DNA of 64,000 bases, from positions 1 to 64,000 of the IMG/VR virus record IMGVR_UViG_3300046542_000086; one strand, 5' to 3'. The notes below the pieces were generated by a model. That model made no database searches, was not told the DNA's origin, and saw nothing but the letters and a program-made list of their open reading frames with translations. A program made the translations under genes and the position numbers. The stretch comes from a virus. Positions 6,951 through 15,704 of this stretch are shown piece after piece. Every line of letters begins with the position of its first letter. Position 1 is the first letter of the stretch.

Positions 6951-7174
6951 GATCCTCCCAGCGTCTGAACGCCGGGTTAATGCTGAGGCGCGCCCGTAAC
7001 CGACATTCGCTCAAAAGGCTCGTCTAAGTGGGCGCACAGCAAAGGATCGTAAATGTGACCAGTGTTGTGCATCGAAGCACTGCTAGTTCCCGGACCGCAC
7101 TAGCTTTCCAATGTATACGGCTGACGCGATGTCAGCTATGGCCCTACACACTGACCTCCCTGAGGTACACTGGT
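6951..7174 (-). ncRNA. Two end-paired multibranch elements (6951-7048 and 7058-7174)
   Basis: GATCCT/AGGATC and ACCAGTGT/ACACTGGT closing stems; four internal hairpins in the second, the last being GTGC-TTCGAT-GCAC. Confidence 0.55.
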
Positions 7175-7180
7175 ATAAAC

Positions 7181-7337
7181 TGGCCCCGAGGGATGGATTC
7201 GAACCATCGACCTATCCGTTCAACCGACTCCGTTTGACGGGAGAGTTTAGTTACACCCGCCCAGTCAACTCCACCTTGCGGCTCACGTTGCGAATACGGA
7301 TGCTCTCGGACTGTTCTACCAACTGAACTACCCAGGG
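7181..7337 (-). ncRNA. tRNA-like RNA with an 88-nt structured anticodon loop and encoded CCA
   Basis: CCCTGGG-TA-GTTC AGTTGGTA GAAC-A-GTCCG[88 nt]CGGAT-AGGTC-GATGG TTCGAAT CCATC-CCTCGGG-G-CCA. Confidence 0.85.
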
Positions 7338-7346
7338 GATAAACCT

Positions 7347-7502
7347 TTAATAGTACTCACCACGCTCAGGACGAGCCTTAGTGGCACCGATCCCAACGAT
7401 GAACACGACTGCGAATACAACCAGTCCTGCTGTTGGGCTGAAGACTGCTGGAACAGCCGCCGTGAGTAACGCGGGTACAAATACAAACACTGCGCGCATC
7501 AT
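7347..7502 (-). CDS. Small membrane protein, 51 aa (MMRAVFVFVPALL...GEYY)
   Basis: Hand-translated; AAGGAGAG RBS; two hydrophobic stretches. Confidence 0.7.
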   Translation of the reverse strand: MMRAVFVFVPALLTAAVPAVFSPTAGLVVFAVVFIVGIGATKARPERGEYY

Positions 7503-7814
7503 GACGACTCTCCTTGAATTTAACCGCTACCCCGACCTACGGAACGAAATACAACAGTGTGGCCCAAGTGGTAAAAAGAAAAGAAAAACCACTTGGTAAT
7601 GCGGCATGCAAGCGCATCATGTATCACACCGTTGCCGGGTCACGCATTGACTAAACCGTAATCTACCGGATACCCGTCATTTCCAGTATATCCCAAAGGG
7701 AAGATTCCCCCAAAGCCGTGAAGCCTTAGGTCGTGCTGGAATCACTACTATCAGCCAATAACGCGTTAGTCTCTCAATAGATCAGTGTTCCATGTAAAAA
7801 AATACGTAAGTACA

Positions 7815-7846
7815 GGCAAAAAAAAAGAAGCCCCCGAAGAGGCTCC
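7815..7846 (-). terminator. Intrinsic terminator with U tract
   Basis: GGAGCCTC-TTCG-GGGGCTTC followed by T9. Confidence 0.85.
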
Positions 7847-7851
7847 CTTAA

Positions 7852-8040
7852 TCACCAACCAACTTTACGCCTCAACCTAGGATTTAGGAAGGGGGCGATA
7901 AACCCTACGAAGAGGATCACGTTGGCCAGTATGTACATTGCGAAGTGGTGCACAAACTTGATGTCGATCACTGCTACGAGCACGTAGAGCATGATTACGC
8001 AGAACGGATAGATGTAACCGCTGGGCATAGGTTTCTTCAT
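7852..8040 (-). CDS. Small two-TM membrane protein
   Basis: Hydrophobic ORF; likely start MKKPMPS. Confidence 0.65.
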   Translation of the reverse strand: MKKPMPSGYIYPFCVIMLYVLVAVIDIKFVHHFAMYILANVILFVGFIAPFLNPRLRRKVGW

Positions 8041-8050
8041 GGACTGTACC

Positions 8051-8461
8051 TTAAGGGATTGCTGGGAAACCAACGATCTTCAAGATCAGATTGCGTTTAC
8101 GACGGTACCAACCTGCTGACTTCGCTGGGAAGCCTCTGTCACCACTTTGCTTACGGATTTGATTGTCGTCTTCGAACAACAGGGGGATGGGGAAGTATCT
8201 CCAGTGTTTAGGGTCACCAGAGCGCACCAGAGCGTGCAGGGTGCGTTTGCTCCACTTACCTGTCTCAATGCCCATGATCAACTCTTGCTTGATCTCTTCG
8301 TGCTCTGCTTCGCTTGGATAGATCTCGAACAAGTTCTTGTAATGAGCAACTGTGGTTTTGTCATCGTTGGTAGTCTTCTCCATGATGAAGAGGACGCCAC
8401 CGATGTCGTGTAGGGAAGTGTTACCGTTTTCGTACTTGTGGGTGATATGATCGGCAGACAT
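8051..8461 (-). CDS. Early hypothetical protein
   Basis: Start MSADHIT with AAGAAGG RBS, just downstream of an early promoter. Confidence 0.75.
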   Translation of the reverse strand: MSADHITHKYENGNTSLHDIGGVLFIMEKTTNDDKTTVAHYKNLFEIYPSEAEHEEIKQELIMGIETGKWSKRTLHALVRSGDPKHWRYFPIPLLFEDDNQIRKQSGDRGFPAKSAGWYRRKRNLILKIVGFPAIP

Positions 8462-8506
8462 GATTTTTGCCTTCTTAGGTATGGGGAGATTAAAGAGTCT
8501 CACTAT

Positions 8507-8538
8507 TCACCTGAGTAATATAGGTCTGAAACTTATTT
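8507..8538 (-). promoter_or_regulatory. phiKZ-type early promoter
   Basis: AAGTTTCAGACCTATATTACTCAGGTGA. Confidence 0.8.
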
Positions 8539-8590
8539 GCTTCAACCCAAATAGAATGTAGGTGTTATCTTTAATCACTGGGGTGTCCAC

Positions 8591-9211
8591 ATGGGGCGTT
8601 TAATAAATCTGCTAGAGGAAGCTGAACTTTCCTTAACGTACAGCGCAGAAGGGATCGCTTCATTGGAAGACGGTGCCAACGAAGCAGTAGCTACAAAAGC
8701 CATCTATATCCTCCTCACCGATACCAAGACCCTAGTTAGTAAGGTCAGCCGTATGGTGACTGGTGATCCGTATAACCACGTTTCGCTGATGTTGTCGGAT
8801 GACTTTGACGATGGTATCTATACCTTCAGTCTTAGCAATGGCTTAAACGGCATAAAGGGCGGGTTCATGGTGGAGAGTCGTAAGAACCTGAAAGGCTCAC
8901 GCTACTCCATGTATCGCTTGCCTGTTACGTCAGCTAGCTACGACCGGATTAAAGATCGGGTAACTGGGTACGTTAAGGGTGTTGACAAAACCTCCTACAA
9001 CCACCTAGGGTTGTTCAATGCGATCTTCAACAAGAACATCTTCAAGACAGAGGACGGACAATCCTCAATCTGCTCTGAGTTCGTGGTGGAAGTCCTGAAG
9101 TTCTCTGGAGTGGAACTCTTCTCCAAAAGATTAGCGAGCACTGTAAGACCTTACGAGATCGTTAAATCGAAACTGCTGAAGTTCCACAAGCGTGGCGTCA
9201 TAAAAGGCTAA
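8591..9211 (+). CDS. Permuted papain-like (NlpC/P60, YiiX/YebB-type) enzyme, possible head protein
   Basis: YNHVSL (His) precedes ICSEFV (Cys); N-terminal SAE and SLE motifs. Confidence 0.65.
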   Translation: MGRLINLLEEAELSLTYSAEGIASLEDGANEAVATKAIYILLTDTKTLVSKVSRMVTGDPYNHVSLMLSDDFDDGIYTFSLSNGLNGIKGGFMVESRKNLKGSRYSMYRLPVTSASYDRIKDRVTGYVKGVDKTSYNHLGLFNAIFNKNIFKTEDGQSSICSEFVVEVLKFSGVELFSKRLASTVRPYEIVKSKLLKFHKRGVIKG

Positions 9212-9252
9212 ACCTCCCAGTCCATTTCGGTGGGCTGGGTTTATGACGGCAT
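9196..9252. terminator. Hairpin flanked by GTCATAA and TTATGACG
   Basis: CCCAGTCCA-TTTCGG-TGGGCTGGG hairpin between convergent genes. Confidence 0.65.
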
Positions 9253-9537
9253 AGAAGGAAAGCTCGAGGGAATCTCAACCTACTCCAGAACTTTCCCACC
9301 CCGGTAGGGAGGGCACGTCTGTTTCGCGTGGAATCCCTGCGGCTTTCATTGTCTTCTATGTTTCTTACTTACAAACTAGCACGAGTTTATCGTGACTGTG
9401 GTTATCGTGGCTACTAGGTCCATACGGACGCTTTGCTCTTAGAACCCCGCAATACTAACTTACACCCTGTACTATTCCGGCCCCAAACAGAGGCTCTATC
9501 ACATTAAATGCTCGTGAACCTCTAAGCACCCTGGCGG

Positions 9538-10143
9538 CTAAGAGGTATGCCTACCCGGCCCTTTGCCGAGTGCATTACCACCGAACCACTTAGAGGTGAT
9601 CTTAGAAAGGCGCAAGGCGTTTGATTGTGGTTTGCCGGAATCTCTCCCTATGCTGGGCTCCTCACTGAACACGAGCGTGTGCGTCAGTAAGAAAAGTACG
9701 AATACTCTAACCCAACTAGAAATCCCCAACCAAAGCCAGTTCTTCAACTCTTCTGTCACGGTGTGCGCATTAACCGTTGGCTTCAGGCTCAGTAATATAC
9801 TCGAGAAGTCCTCTATGCCAGACCACGTACCACGAACGTGCGGCAGTCGAAGCTTCTCTAAGTCACTACGCAGTAACTCAGGCTTGTGGAACGCGTGCCA
9901 TCGCCGTTCTATCTCTACCACCGGGTCGTAGTCTAAGACCATACCCGCAGTGAGCGAAGGCAATACGACAGCGTGTTCCAAGTGAGAGAGTGCAACGAGC
10001 TGTCCCAAACCGACGTATGTACGTTGGCCGGATTCAGATCGGTACTCTTCTTCAGTAACTACGTCCAAGCCGCAGTTAGCTAGAAGTCTCGCTAAGCCTA
10101 GTGCGCAACCACCGAGGATCAAGATCCGTCGACCGGTGCTCAA
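9538..10143 (-). CDS. Hypothetical protein
   Basis: AAGGA RBS, follows the Zn-ribbon gene; C-terminal part less convincing. Confidence 0.55.
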   Translation of the reverse strand: MSTGRRILILGGCALGLARLLANCGLDVVTEEEYRSESGQRTYVGLGQLVALSHLEHAVVLPSLTAGMVLDYDPVVEIERRWHAFHKPELLRSDLEKLRLPHVRGTWSGIEDFSSILLSLKPTVNAHTVTEELKNWLWLGISSWVRVFVLFLLTHTLVFSEEPSIGRDSGKPQSNALRLSKITSKWFGGNALGKGPGRHTS

Positions 10144-10155
10144 TAGACATCCTTA

Positions 10156-10347
10156 TCAGCCCAGACCAATACCTGAAGTACGGTTTTCGACCTGATGTTT
10201 CGCAGGATCGTAAACCACCTTCTCGTAAAAGTTGTGCCAAGGTTTACCCAAACAGCAAGTGCAATGGAACGGGGCTGCCGCTGGATTGCTCAGGAGTTCA
10301 ATGACTCCGCACTTGTCGCAAGCGTATTCCAGCAGCGTACCGCTCAT
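10156..10347 (-). CDS. Small Zn-ribbon-like protein coupled to phuZ
   Basis: CDKC...CTCC..WH; TAATG overlap with the phuZ stop. Confidence 0.8.
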   Translation of the reverse strand: MSGTLLEYACDKCGVIELLSNPAAAPFHCTCCLGKPWHNFYEKVVYDPAKHQVENRTSGIGLG

Positions 10348-11309
10348 TACAACACCAGGCCATCGTCAGTAGTGGCAGCGTTGCCCACCAAGTCGATAGC
10401 AGCAGCACGGCCTTCACGGCGCTGGATGAACTTTTCCAGAGTGCCGTTCAGCTTTTCGTAGGTAGCATCCAGGTTCTCGGTGGAGACCACCAAGTGGAGC
10501 TCAGGGATGCCGTCGATTTTGGTCGTGAAGTAACCGGTGCACGGATATTCCGGGATCGGCTCTTCCAGATGCGGTTGGTCACGGTCGCTGTACAGCGAAG
10601 CGATAGTGATCGGGTCGGTGATCGAAGCAACTTGTTCCGGTGCGGAGAAGATGTCGAGCAGGGCCAGTTGAGCAGGCACGCTGGTGCTGTGGTTGAAACG
10701 CAACCAGTTCGCAACGTCCTTGGTGTCCAGCTCGTCGTTCTGACGCGAAGTCAGGTAGCACAGGCTGGAGATGGCCAGGTTCAGTTGACCGTCGACGACC
10801 GAACGAGTGCACTCGCCGCCGTTGTGACGATAGAACATGACCACCGGGGTGTCGATCTGCTTCGAGATAGCCGACAGCGACTTCAAGGTGTTCAGGGTGT
10901 TCTGTGCGGTGATGGTCGATTCAGAAGAACCGGCCAAGCACACTACGACGGAGTGGCCACGTGCCAGCAGTTCTTTGGCGAGCAAAGGACCGATTACCGA
11001 ACCCGAACCACCAGACGCCGAGAAAACAACGATGTTGAAATCTTCGGGAGGCTGTTGGAGCAGGATCTGTTTGACCGCTGCGGAGATCTGCGCGTGGTTT
11101 TCTTTACGCACTTTACCGGAGCCGTCGGTTTTGTCGAGGACGTAGATCGTTTTCTCGTCCTCGATACCAGCGAGGTTGGAGCGGCTGGTATCAATGAAAC
11201 TTGGGAGGGTGATCGCGAATCCAGGAGCTGGCTGACGACCGATGTAGTCTTTGACAATGTTGGTACCCAGACCACCACAGCCGTACAGACGAACTTTACC
11301 TTGTTCCAT
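10347..11309 (-). CDS. phuZ: PhuZ/TubZ phage tubulin
   Basis: GCGGLG, DGSGK, tubulin signature SASGGSGS, ELDTKD T7 loop, DDGLVL tail; start MEQGKV. Confidence 0.95.
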   Translation of the reverse strand: MEQGKVRLYGCGGLGTNIVKDYIGRQPAPGFAITLPSFIDTSRSNLAGIEDEKTIYVLDKTDGSGKVRKENHAQISAAVKQILLQQPPEDFNIVVFSASGGSGSVIGPLLAKELLARGHSVVVCLAGSSESTITAQNTLNTLKSLSAISKQIDTPVVMFYRHNGGECTRSVVDGQLNLAISSLCYLTSRQNDELDTKDVANWLRFNHSTSVPAQLALLDIFSAPEQVASITDPITIASLYSDRDQPHLEEPIPEYPCTGYFTTKIDGIPELHLVVSTENLDATYEKLNGTLEKFIQRREGRAAAIDLVGNAATTDDGLVL

Positions 11310-11376
11310 GATTCGACTTCCTAACAAACAGATTAAAGAAACGAGTGGTGTTCAACAGAGTCCCCAGACTTAACGG

Positions 11377-11709
11377 TTAAGACTCAGCGCTAAGCTTGAT
11401 CAACAGTTCTCGCATTTCTGCGGAGAACTCCCCGAAGTAAGAGGAGTCATCCTCAATGCGTTTGAGCAGGATCACAAGAGGCACCTCTTCAGGTTCCCAC
11501 TGATCTTCCAACCCATAGCACGAGCAATGTCCACCGAACACTTCAAACAACTTTCCGTCTCGACGAAACAGTACGTAAGCGCTACCCGAATAGTCCTCGT
11601 ACGAATACGAAGCCAACAGTATTTCAGTGCCCACGAGATCTGCTTCAGCGATATTGAAATCGTTGATCATGCCTTCGCGTTGTGATTCTGCCCAGTCGTG
11701 CATATACAT
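11377..11709 (-). CDS. Acidic phage hypothetical protein (GGHCSCYGLE motif)
   Basis: ORF with AGGA RBS; motif recalled from many phage proteins. Confidence 0.8.
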   Translation of the reverse strand: MYMHDWAESQREGMINDFNIAEADLVGTEILLASYSYEDYSGSAYVLFRRDGKLFEVFGGHCSCYGLEDQWEPEEVPLVILLKRIEDDSSYFGEFSAEMRELLIKLSAES

Positions 11710-11925
11710 GTAGTTATTCCTAAGTGTGGTCGATTAGCAATCGACGTAATTTTCCGCATTCAAGGCGCGGTACACTTTCGGATGTCACTAACTGGGGACT
11801 CGATTGAACGAGAGCGCATGTACTCTCTATTTCATAACTCCGGTATATCTTTTTTTACAGACGTAGGACTTATGGTGCGTTATTGAATGACCGCAGGGTC
11901 TTCTTTATCCACCGGAGACGCTATC

Positions 11926-12741
11926 GTGAATCCTATTCAGAAAGCAATTTCGGACGTGAAGGCGGCGATCCCTCGGGAAATCCTCGAACGCACGTTCATG
12001 AAACCTGAGCAAGTCGCTTTCGGACAACGTCAGAGTTTCAACCCTACCTCGCTAGACTTCCGTATTCGTACGGCTGTGATCGAAGCTAACGTACTCCCCG
12101 ACTGTAACTTGGTGGGTGGTACTGAAGTAACGATTCCGTTGAGAGAAGTCATCCCGCAATGGATTACCGATTACAACGTTCTGTACCGTATCCCTAAACA
12201 CTTGACCCAGAACCGGAGCATCTTGCGTCTGATCCACATGACGTTCGGTGACGGTGGTGTGGTCGGTAGTATGAACTTGGCGATCCAAGGTCGCTCTCCT
12301 TTAATGGACGCGGCTCAGGGGACCTTACAAGCTCACTTACCGATTCCGATCATCTCTACTGCGAACATGGAGATCGTGGCAGAGAACACCGTAATGGTGA
12401 AAGACAACATCACCATGCCGGGTAACCCGTACTTGCGTTGTGTGATTGAAGGTGACAGTGAACTCAACCACTTGCAACCTACGTCGTACAAAGCCTTCAG
12501 TAAGCTGGTCGTACTGGCGGTCAAGGCTTACATCTTCAACAACATGGCGGTTATGACTGACCAAGCTGCGTTGTCAGGTGGTATGGCCTTGGGTCGTATC
12601 CGTGAAATCATCGATGGCTACTCAGATGCTTACGAGCTGTACGAGGAATACTTCGAGAACACTTGGCGTAAGGTGGCAATTTTTAACGATCCAGAAGCCA
12701 ACAAGCGCCATCTTAAGTACATCACTGGGGGTCGCTGGTAA
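11926..12741 (+). CDS. Conserved phiKZ-like protein near phuZ, probably virion-associated
   Basis: Likely GTG start (MNPIQKAISD..IPREILE) after GGAG; function inferred. Confidence 0.75.
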   Translation: MNPIQKAISDVKAAIPREILERTFMKPEQVAFGQRQSFNPTSLDFRIRTAVIEANVLPDCNLVGGTEVTIPLREVIPQWITDYNVLYRIPKHLTQNRSILRLIHMTFGDGGVVGSMNLAIQGRSPLMDAAQGTLQAHLPIPIISTANMEIVAENTVMVKDNITMPGNPYLRCVIEGDSELNHLQPTSYKAFSKLVVLAVKAYIFNNMAVMTDQAALSGGMALGRIREIIDGYSDAYELYEEYFENTWRKVAIFNDPEANKRHLKYITGGRW

Positions 12742-13148
12742 TGTCTGAATATACTGTTGGCAAGGTTACTCGTGAACAAGCCTTCGAGTGGCTAGCTGAG
12801 CACAGTCAGTCTCGTCCAGAGCCTTTCAATGCTGGGGCGTTCAATCCAGCAGGGGCTAACGAAGACCGGGTCTACGCCTTTGCTTATAAGGGTGACGAGG
12901 TCGTAGGCTACGCAAGTCTACTCAACGGTCAGCGTTACCTGATTGACATGTTCGTCCCAGAGTCCTTACGGGGTCAGGGTATTGGACGTCAGTTGGTTGA
13001 CTCTCTCCTAGTGGATCTCGTGGTTGTAAGGAAACACCAGACAGAGATCATTGAGTTCCTCAAGGCTACAGGCTTTAGCCTAGAGAATGACTTTGTCGGC
13101 ACTAAGGTGTATCGCAAGTACCACGGTCCTAAGGTTCACGCTTACTGA
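12741..13148 (+). CDS. GNAT-family acetyltransferase
   Basis: MFVPESLRGQGIGRQL acetyl-CoA motif; FLKATGF. Confidence 0.75.
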   Translation: MSEYTVGKVTREQAFEWLAEHSQSRPEPFNAGAFNPAGANEDRVYAFAYKGDEVVGYASLLNGQRYLIDMFVPESLRGQGIGRQLVDSLLVDLVVVRKHQTEIIEFLKATGFSLENDFVGTKVYRKYHGPKVHAY

Positions 13149-13187
13149 CAGCATAGGGGCTCCCACGCAGGGAGCCTCTTTATGCGC
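13149..13187. terminator. Bidirectional hairpin with TATGC tails
   Basis: GCATA-GGGGCTCCC-ACGCA-GGGAGCCTC-TTTATGCG. Confidence 0.75.
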
Positions 13188-13556
13188 TTAGTAACGCTTG
13201 TGCCATGCGTACATCGGTTCATCCTTCAGCTTGATGACCTCATGTCCAGGAGCAGCAAAGGTAAAGTACCCCACGCTGGTAGACATCCGGATAGCAGAAC
13301 GGTCACGTACGTTGATTCCCCACGACACTTTACGGACAGTATCCTCAAACTCAACGTCAAGGGCTTGGTAATGCTTACGAGCGTACTCCATAAGCGTACC
13401 AGTCAGCTTCAGCTTGACGTTGTCCAACAGACTGACCTTCTCTAGGTCTCTGGTCTCACAACGCCCTATGCGAGCTGTCAGGGCTTCGATGTGTTGTTGG
13501 AACGCTAGCTTGTGCATCATCAGCTCAGTAGCGGTATACTCTTTGTATTCAGACAT
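13188..13556 (-). CDS. Hypothetical protein
   Basis: 122-aa ORF ending at a terminator. Confidence 0.7.
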   Translation of the reverse strand: MSEYKEYTATELMMHKLAFQQHIEALTARIGRCETRDLEKVSLLDNVKLKLTGTLMEYARKHYQALDVEFEDTVRKVSWGINVRDRSAIRMSTSVGYFTFAAPGHEVIKLKDEPMYAWHKRY

Positions 13557-13995
13557 TCTACGGTCTTCGATTAGGTTAAGTGATAGTGGCTTTTCATAAT
13601 CATTAGAACGTAGTAGATTATTATATCTTAGTCTAAATTTGAAAATTTCGGGAATTTTTTATTAGCGTTGTCTAGTTAAAGCTCTCCGTGTAGTAGGTGA
13701 CATGGATGCTTGTCGTACTCGCGTACTAGCATCCTGTACTACTAGGTAAGCATAAAACGCCCAGAGAACAAGGCTAGCATAGACTATGGAATAGGATTTG
13801 CTACGCATCCATTCACAAAGCTTAACTTAATTTAATTAATTCTTTGCTTTGTGTTTATTGATCCACCCCCAAACCCCCTCCTTACTTCATTGAAACGCGA
13901 ATAATCCTACTAACAAAAGATAGGTAGAGTTAATTATTCTTTTACTCAACACGTCAGAGAAACCTAGGGAAAGCAGGGAGCTACACTCCCTGCAC

Positions 13996-14406
13996 TCACA
14001 CGTAGAAGTAATCGGTAGTCTTGGAACTCTGGAAATGGTAAACGGTAGAGCCATTAAACAACACCCTGAAATCGTCACTGTGTACTTCAAACAACTCACC
14101 ACCAGTCCCTACAAAGAAACGATCGTACAGACAACGCTTAAGCTGACTGAACACCGTAGGCGTAGCTTGGTAGTGATTAGGCCTTACCTTGATGTCGTTC
14201 AAGAACTTCAACTTAGGTAAGTAATCGTAGACAAACAGACGAATCGGAGTCTTCCCTTCCGCAGCATCTACCCCCAGCTCACGGAATGCAACCAAACCAT
14301 CTACCTCACCCTCTAGGAAGCTCTCTAACGAACGTTCTGTTCGATTGAGTACAAAGCCTAAGGCCTCAGCTAGAACCTCCCCTACATCCTTAGAATCGGT
14401 CATCAT
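13996..14406 (-). CDS. Hypothetical protein
   Basis: Likely start MMTDSKDV with GGAG RBS. Confidence 0.7.
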   Translation of the reverse strand: MMTDSKDVGEVLAEALGFVLNRTERSLESFLEGEVDGLVAFRELGVDAAEGKTPIRLFVYDYLPKLKFLNDIKVRPNHYQATPTVFSQLKRCLYDRFFVGTGGELFEVHSDDFRVLFNGSTVYHFQSSKTTDYFYV

Positions 14407-14452
14407 TAAACTCCAGCATAATGGGACTGCCACGACAGCAGTCCCAGAATGT

Positions 14453-14947
14453 TTAGACAGCACACGCAATGTAGAGCGCCGCGTCTTCCATAGAAGCCAC
14501 AACTACCGCACCTGAGTCAGTGTAGTGAGTGTGGAGACGTCCACGATCGGGTCGACCCAGTGGAATCACCACCAGAGTATCTTCAGGGTCGTTCATCGCC
14601 GCAGCAGACAGCTCTTCGTATGCGGTGAAACCCTGTTGGTCTTCTGGTAGTACGAACACCTTGGTAGCTGCTGAGAGTTGCCCTAGGACATCGGCGACGG
14701 CCTGTTCCTGTAGCTGCACAGTTTCCAAGGATGGCTGAGCATTGCCATTAACGTTCCAGACTTTAACTTCCTTGTGGCACTCCATGAGCACCGCTTCCCA
14801 TTCACCCGCAGACACGTCACCATAGATGATCACGTTGCGTTCATTCTTGATCCCATCAACGTCCGCCAACTCGTCATTAGGAGTGGCCACGTGATTTGGA
14901 CCTTCATCAGCTTCATCAGAAGGATCGAGGTAATCACTGAGAGACAT
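14453..14947 (-). CDS. Acidic hypothetical protein
   Basis: AAGGAG RBS. Confidence 0.8.
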   Translation of the reverse strand: MSLSDYLDPSDEADEGPNHVATPNDELADVDGIKNERNVIIYGDVSAGEWEAVLMECHKEVKVWNVNGNAQPSLETVQLQEQAVADVLGQLSAATKVFVLPEDQQGFTAYEELSAAAMNDPEDTLVVIPLGRPDRGRLHTHYTDSGAVVVASMEDAALYIACAV

Positions 14948-14988
14948 CGTTAACTCCTTAAGTACAGTTGGGTCTCATAACGTATATC

Positions 14989-15020
14989 GGACAAAAAGAA
15001 AAGGGGGTGTGAAACCCCCG
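14989..15020 (-). terminator. Intrinsic terminator with U tract
   Basis: GGGGGT-TTCAC-ACCCCC followed by TTTTCTTTTTG. Confidence 0.75.
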
Positions 15021-15025
15021 ATCTC

Positions 15026-15631
15026 TTAAAGCATCCCTACCACCCGTTGGCGGAGGATTGCTTTGTCACGTGCCACTTGAATGAAACCGCCTTCTAGCGT
15101 CACGTCGATATTCGCTGATTCGATTCGAGCAAGGTGCTCAGGATTCAAGGTACCGCCAGGACTGACCAGTACGTCATGTACTCGTTTGCCTAACAGCTTC
15201 AGCTCACTGAGCTTAGGTTGCGCTTCTTCTGGATAACCTTCCAGCAGAACCACGTGTTCATAGAAGATGTTGAAGTGGAGAATCAAATCGCTGACTGGGT
15301 CACCCAGGCTCGAAGTATTCTCAGGAGTAACCACCACTGGTTTCCAACGTTCTTTAAGCTCTGCTACAGCTGCTTCCACATCCACGCCTTGTTCACGCAG
15401 GTAGGTACCCAGACCACGCCCTACAGACTCAGCACTGAAGTGTACATCGGGATGCTGCTCCAACCAGGTCTCTGCAAAAGACTTGCGAGGTTTCTCATCA
15501 GGGAGAACCCAAGTAACAGGTTCGCCGCCAGTGAAGTTTGGTATTACAGTTTGCGCGACGTCCATGATCGAGCTGAAGTCGCAAGGGTACATTGCTTCGT
15601 CTACGAAGCTGTTGCGTTCGGTGCTTTGCAT
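15026..15631 (-). CDS. Early hypothetical protein
   Basis: Likely start MQSTERN with GGAG RBS. Confidence 0.75.
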   Translation of the reverse strand: MQSTERNSFVDEAMYPCDFSSIMDVAQTVIPNFTGGEPVTWVLPDEKPRKSFAETWLEQHPDVHFSAESVGRGLGTYLREQGVDVEAAVAELKERWKPVVVTPENTSSLGDPVSDLILHFNIFYEHVVLLEGYPEEAQPKLSELKLLGKRVHDVLVSPGGTLNPEHLARIESANIDVTLEGGFIQVARDKAILRQRVVGML

Positions 15632-15704
15632 TTCTGTAACTCCGATTGAAAAGAGAGGGTGTAACAAAGGGGTCAGCGTAGCCAACCCCCTGCTGCTAAG
15701 CGAT

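Noticed and set aside
3977-7306. Group I introns in the tRNA-like elements
   Set aside because: Inserts of 55-90 nt are too short and lack the P7 core
4085-7599. Plus-strand ORFs (4085, 4962, 7028, 7111, 7381)
   Set aside because: Antisense to tRNAs, RNA elements or a better minus-strand ORF; no RBS
2900-7790. CRISPR array or solitary CRISPR repeats (Racr) in the RNA block
   Set aside because: No regularly spaced direct repeats and no recognisable type I-E or I-F repeat sequence
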